From an uncultured virus (IMG/VR IMGVR_UViG_3300044701_002172) (lineage: Duplodnaviria; Heunggongvirae; Uroviricota; Caudoviricetes), in the IMG/VR virus record IMGVR_UViG_3300044701_002172, positions 62,001 through 126,000 of that record: 64,000 bases of DNA. One strand, 5' to 3'. The translations under genes were made by a program, and so were the position numbers. Under the pieces are notes generated by a model. That model saw nothing but the letters and a program-made list of their open reading frames with translations, searched no databases and had not been told where the DNA came from. Position 1 is the stretch's first letter. Each line of letters begins with the position of its first letter. Shown one piece after another: positions 62,923 to 64,000 of the stretch.

Positions 62923-62980
62923 AGTATAGACCATAAAAAAGGGGGCGTCAACCCCCTTGTGTCGGTTTCAGAACTGTCCA
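62923..62980 (-). promoter_or_regulatory. Composite terminator/early promoter cassette
   Basis: GGGGG-TTGACG-CCCCC-TTTTTT, 17-nt spacer, TATACT; palindrome 62959-62980. Confidence 0.8.
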
Positions 62981-63438
62981 TTTCCTTGACCAACATCAAA
63001 CACCCAGATGCCACGCTCAATCCACATGTTCACCACACGCTGGCGGTCATCAAAGACACCCAGAATCCTATGAGTTTTAATGATTTCATCAGCAATCTCA
63101 CCTTTAACAATAGCATCATCACGGTGATCTTTATACTTTCTCATATACAACCCATCCCATTTGAAACCAAATTTGGTGAGCCACTCTTCTGTTTGATCAC
63201 GATAATCATCTGACCGACCAGATACAAAGAACAGATCAGCATTCATAATTCCCTTACTGGCATGTAGAGATTTGTATACAAGTTCTACTGCTAGGTTGGG
63301 AACATCTTCACTCAGTCCTTTGTTCCAAGCATCCCAGTTACGGGGTTTGGTTGCCACATACTGACGACGATGGCGAACATCACAGATAGTTCCATCGAGA
63401 TCGAAAACGAAGCACTTCTTTTGTTCCACATTCAACAT
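62968..63438 (-). CDS. HAD-family polynucleotide 3'-phosphatase (PseT C-terminal-domain-like)
   Basis: FDLDGT, VSGR, LYMR..KDHRDD.IVK, VFDDRQRVV.MW. Confidence 0.85.
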   Translation of the reverse strand: MLNVEQKKCFVFDLDGTICDVRHRRQYVATKPRNWDAWNKGLSEDVPNLAVELVYKSLHASKGIMNADLFFVSGRSDDYRDQTEEWLTKFGFKWDGLYMRKYKDHRDDAIVKGEIADEIIKTHRILGVFDDRQRVVNMWIERGIWVFDVGQGNGQF

Positions 63439-63889
63439 AATCAAATCCTTCAGATACAGTTGGTTTTTCAAATTGATGATACATTCTTTTCAGAATGTCT
63501 TTGGGAATGAACTTACCTTCACGATGATTATTTCGTTCCAGTGCTTCTTCTAAAGGAATCTCAAAGTAAACTGCTCCTCTGTGACAATGTGACGGCAGTT
63601 TATTGAGTTTTTTCTTTCGTGCTTTGACACTGAGATTCGTCTGATCCCATATAATATTTTTGCCATTGTCAATGGCATATGGGATCAGTTTCTCCATCAT
63701 CCGTGTTGCTTCTGTGATATACTGATCGAACACTTCATTATATGTTTTGCCTTCTTTTTTGGCATAATAATCAATATAGTAATCTGTCGAGAGAACCACA
63801 GAATTTTTCCAATAGTCCAGAGCAAGAAGTTTATCCACATAGGTAGATTTCCCACTGGTGGGTATACCACAGAGCATTACACATTCCAT
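63380..63889 (-). CDS. P-loop polynucleotide kinase (AAA_33, PseT N-terminal-domain-like)
   Basis: GIPTSGKST, LSTD, IIWDQTNL...R, ALERN..R. Confidence 0.85.
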   Translation of the reverse strand: MECVMLCGIPTSGKSTYVDKLLALDYWKNSVVLSTDYYIDYYAKKEGKTYNEVFDQYITEATRMMEKLIPYAIDNGKNIIWDQTNLSVKARKKKLNKLPSHCHRGAVYFEIPLEEALERNNHREGKFIPKDILKRMYHQFEKPTVSEGFDYVECGTKEVLRFRSRWNYL

Positions 63890-64000
63890 GACAAACCTCC
63901 AAACAACCAGCGATTCTGGTCAATTTTAGTTTGAGTGGTGAGTAATTTGCTGATCATGTCAACAATGGTCTGGCGAGACCCTTTACCACCTTTCATAGCA
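63877..64000 (-). CDS. C-terminal fragment of an upstream gene (possibly RNA ligase, by context only)
   Basis: Open frame ...MKGGKGSRQTIVDMISK...GGLSWNV* overlapping the kinase start; no diagnostic motif visible. Confidence 0.35.
   Translation of the reverse strand, partial: AMKGGKGSRQTIVDMISKLLTTQTKIDQNRWLFGGLSWNV

Noticed and set aside
54163..63839. Isolated DnaA-box matches (54163 TTTTCCACA, 63831 TTATCCACA)
   Set aside because: Single copies inside genes, explained by Val-Glu-Asn / Val-Asp-Lys codons
41000..64000. tRNA genes, integrase, introns or inteins
   Set aside because: No cloverleaf with a T-loop motif, recombinase motif or splice signature was recognised by eye; a tRNAscan/Infernal run would be needed to exclude them

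Overview
A 64-kb segment of a T4-like cyanomyovirus genome (Kyanoviridae-like). Essentially all real genes are on the minus strand. Positions 1-41 kb are the late tail/baseplate module: PAAR, gp25, gp6, gp7, gp8, a VrlC/DUF4815-like protein, a fibre-like structural protein and a giant (>3,816 aa) tail fibre that runs off the left edge and is missing from the ORF track. These genes are preceded by T4-type TATAAATA late promoters. Positions 41-64 kb are an early/hypervariable region of mostly small hypothetical genes. It also holds a Gp88-like protein, two KTSC-like proteins, a 2OG-Fe(II) oxygenase, a PD-(D/E)xK-like protein, a thioredoxin, a DenV-like glycosylase, a flavin-dependent halogenase and a split polynucleotide kinase/phosphatase. 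Most notable: (1) the giant fibre carries eight phycobiliprotein-like globin domains that keep both bilin-attachment-type cysteines and are nested inside one another in a balanced Russian-doll arrangement; (2) about 15 copies of a 22-bp palindrome plus sigma70 promoter (and often a hairpin) punctuate the early genes; (3) a cluster of cyanobacterial-type DnaA boxes, 33-bp iteron-like repeats and divergent promoters into AT-rich non-coding DNA suggest replication-origin elements. All family assignments come from motif recognition by eye, not database searches.
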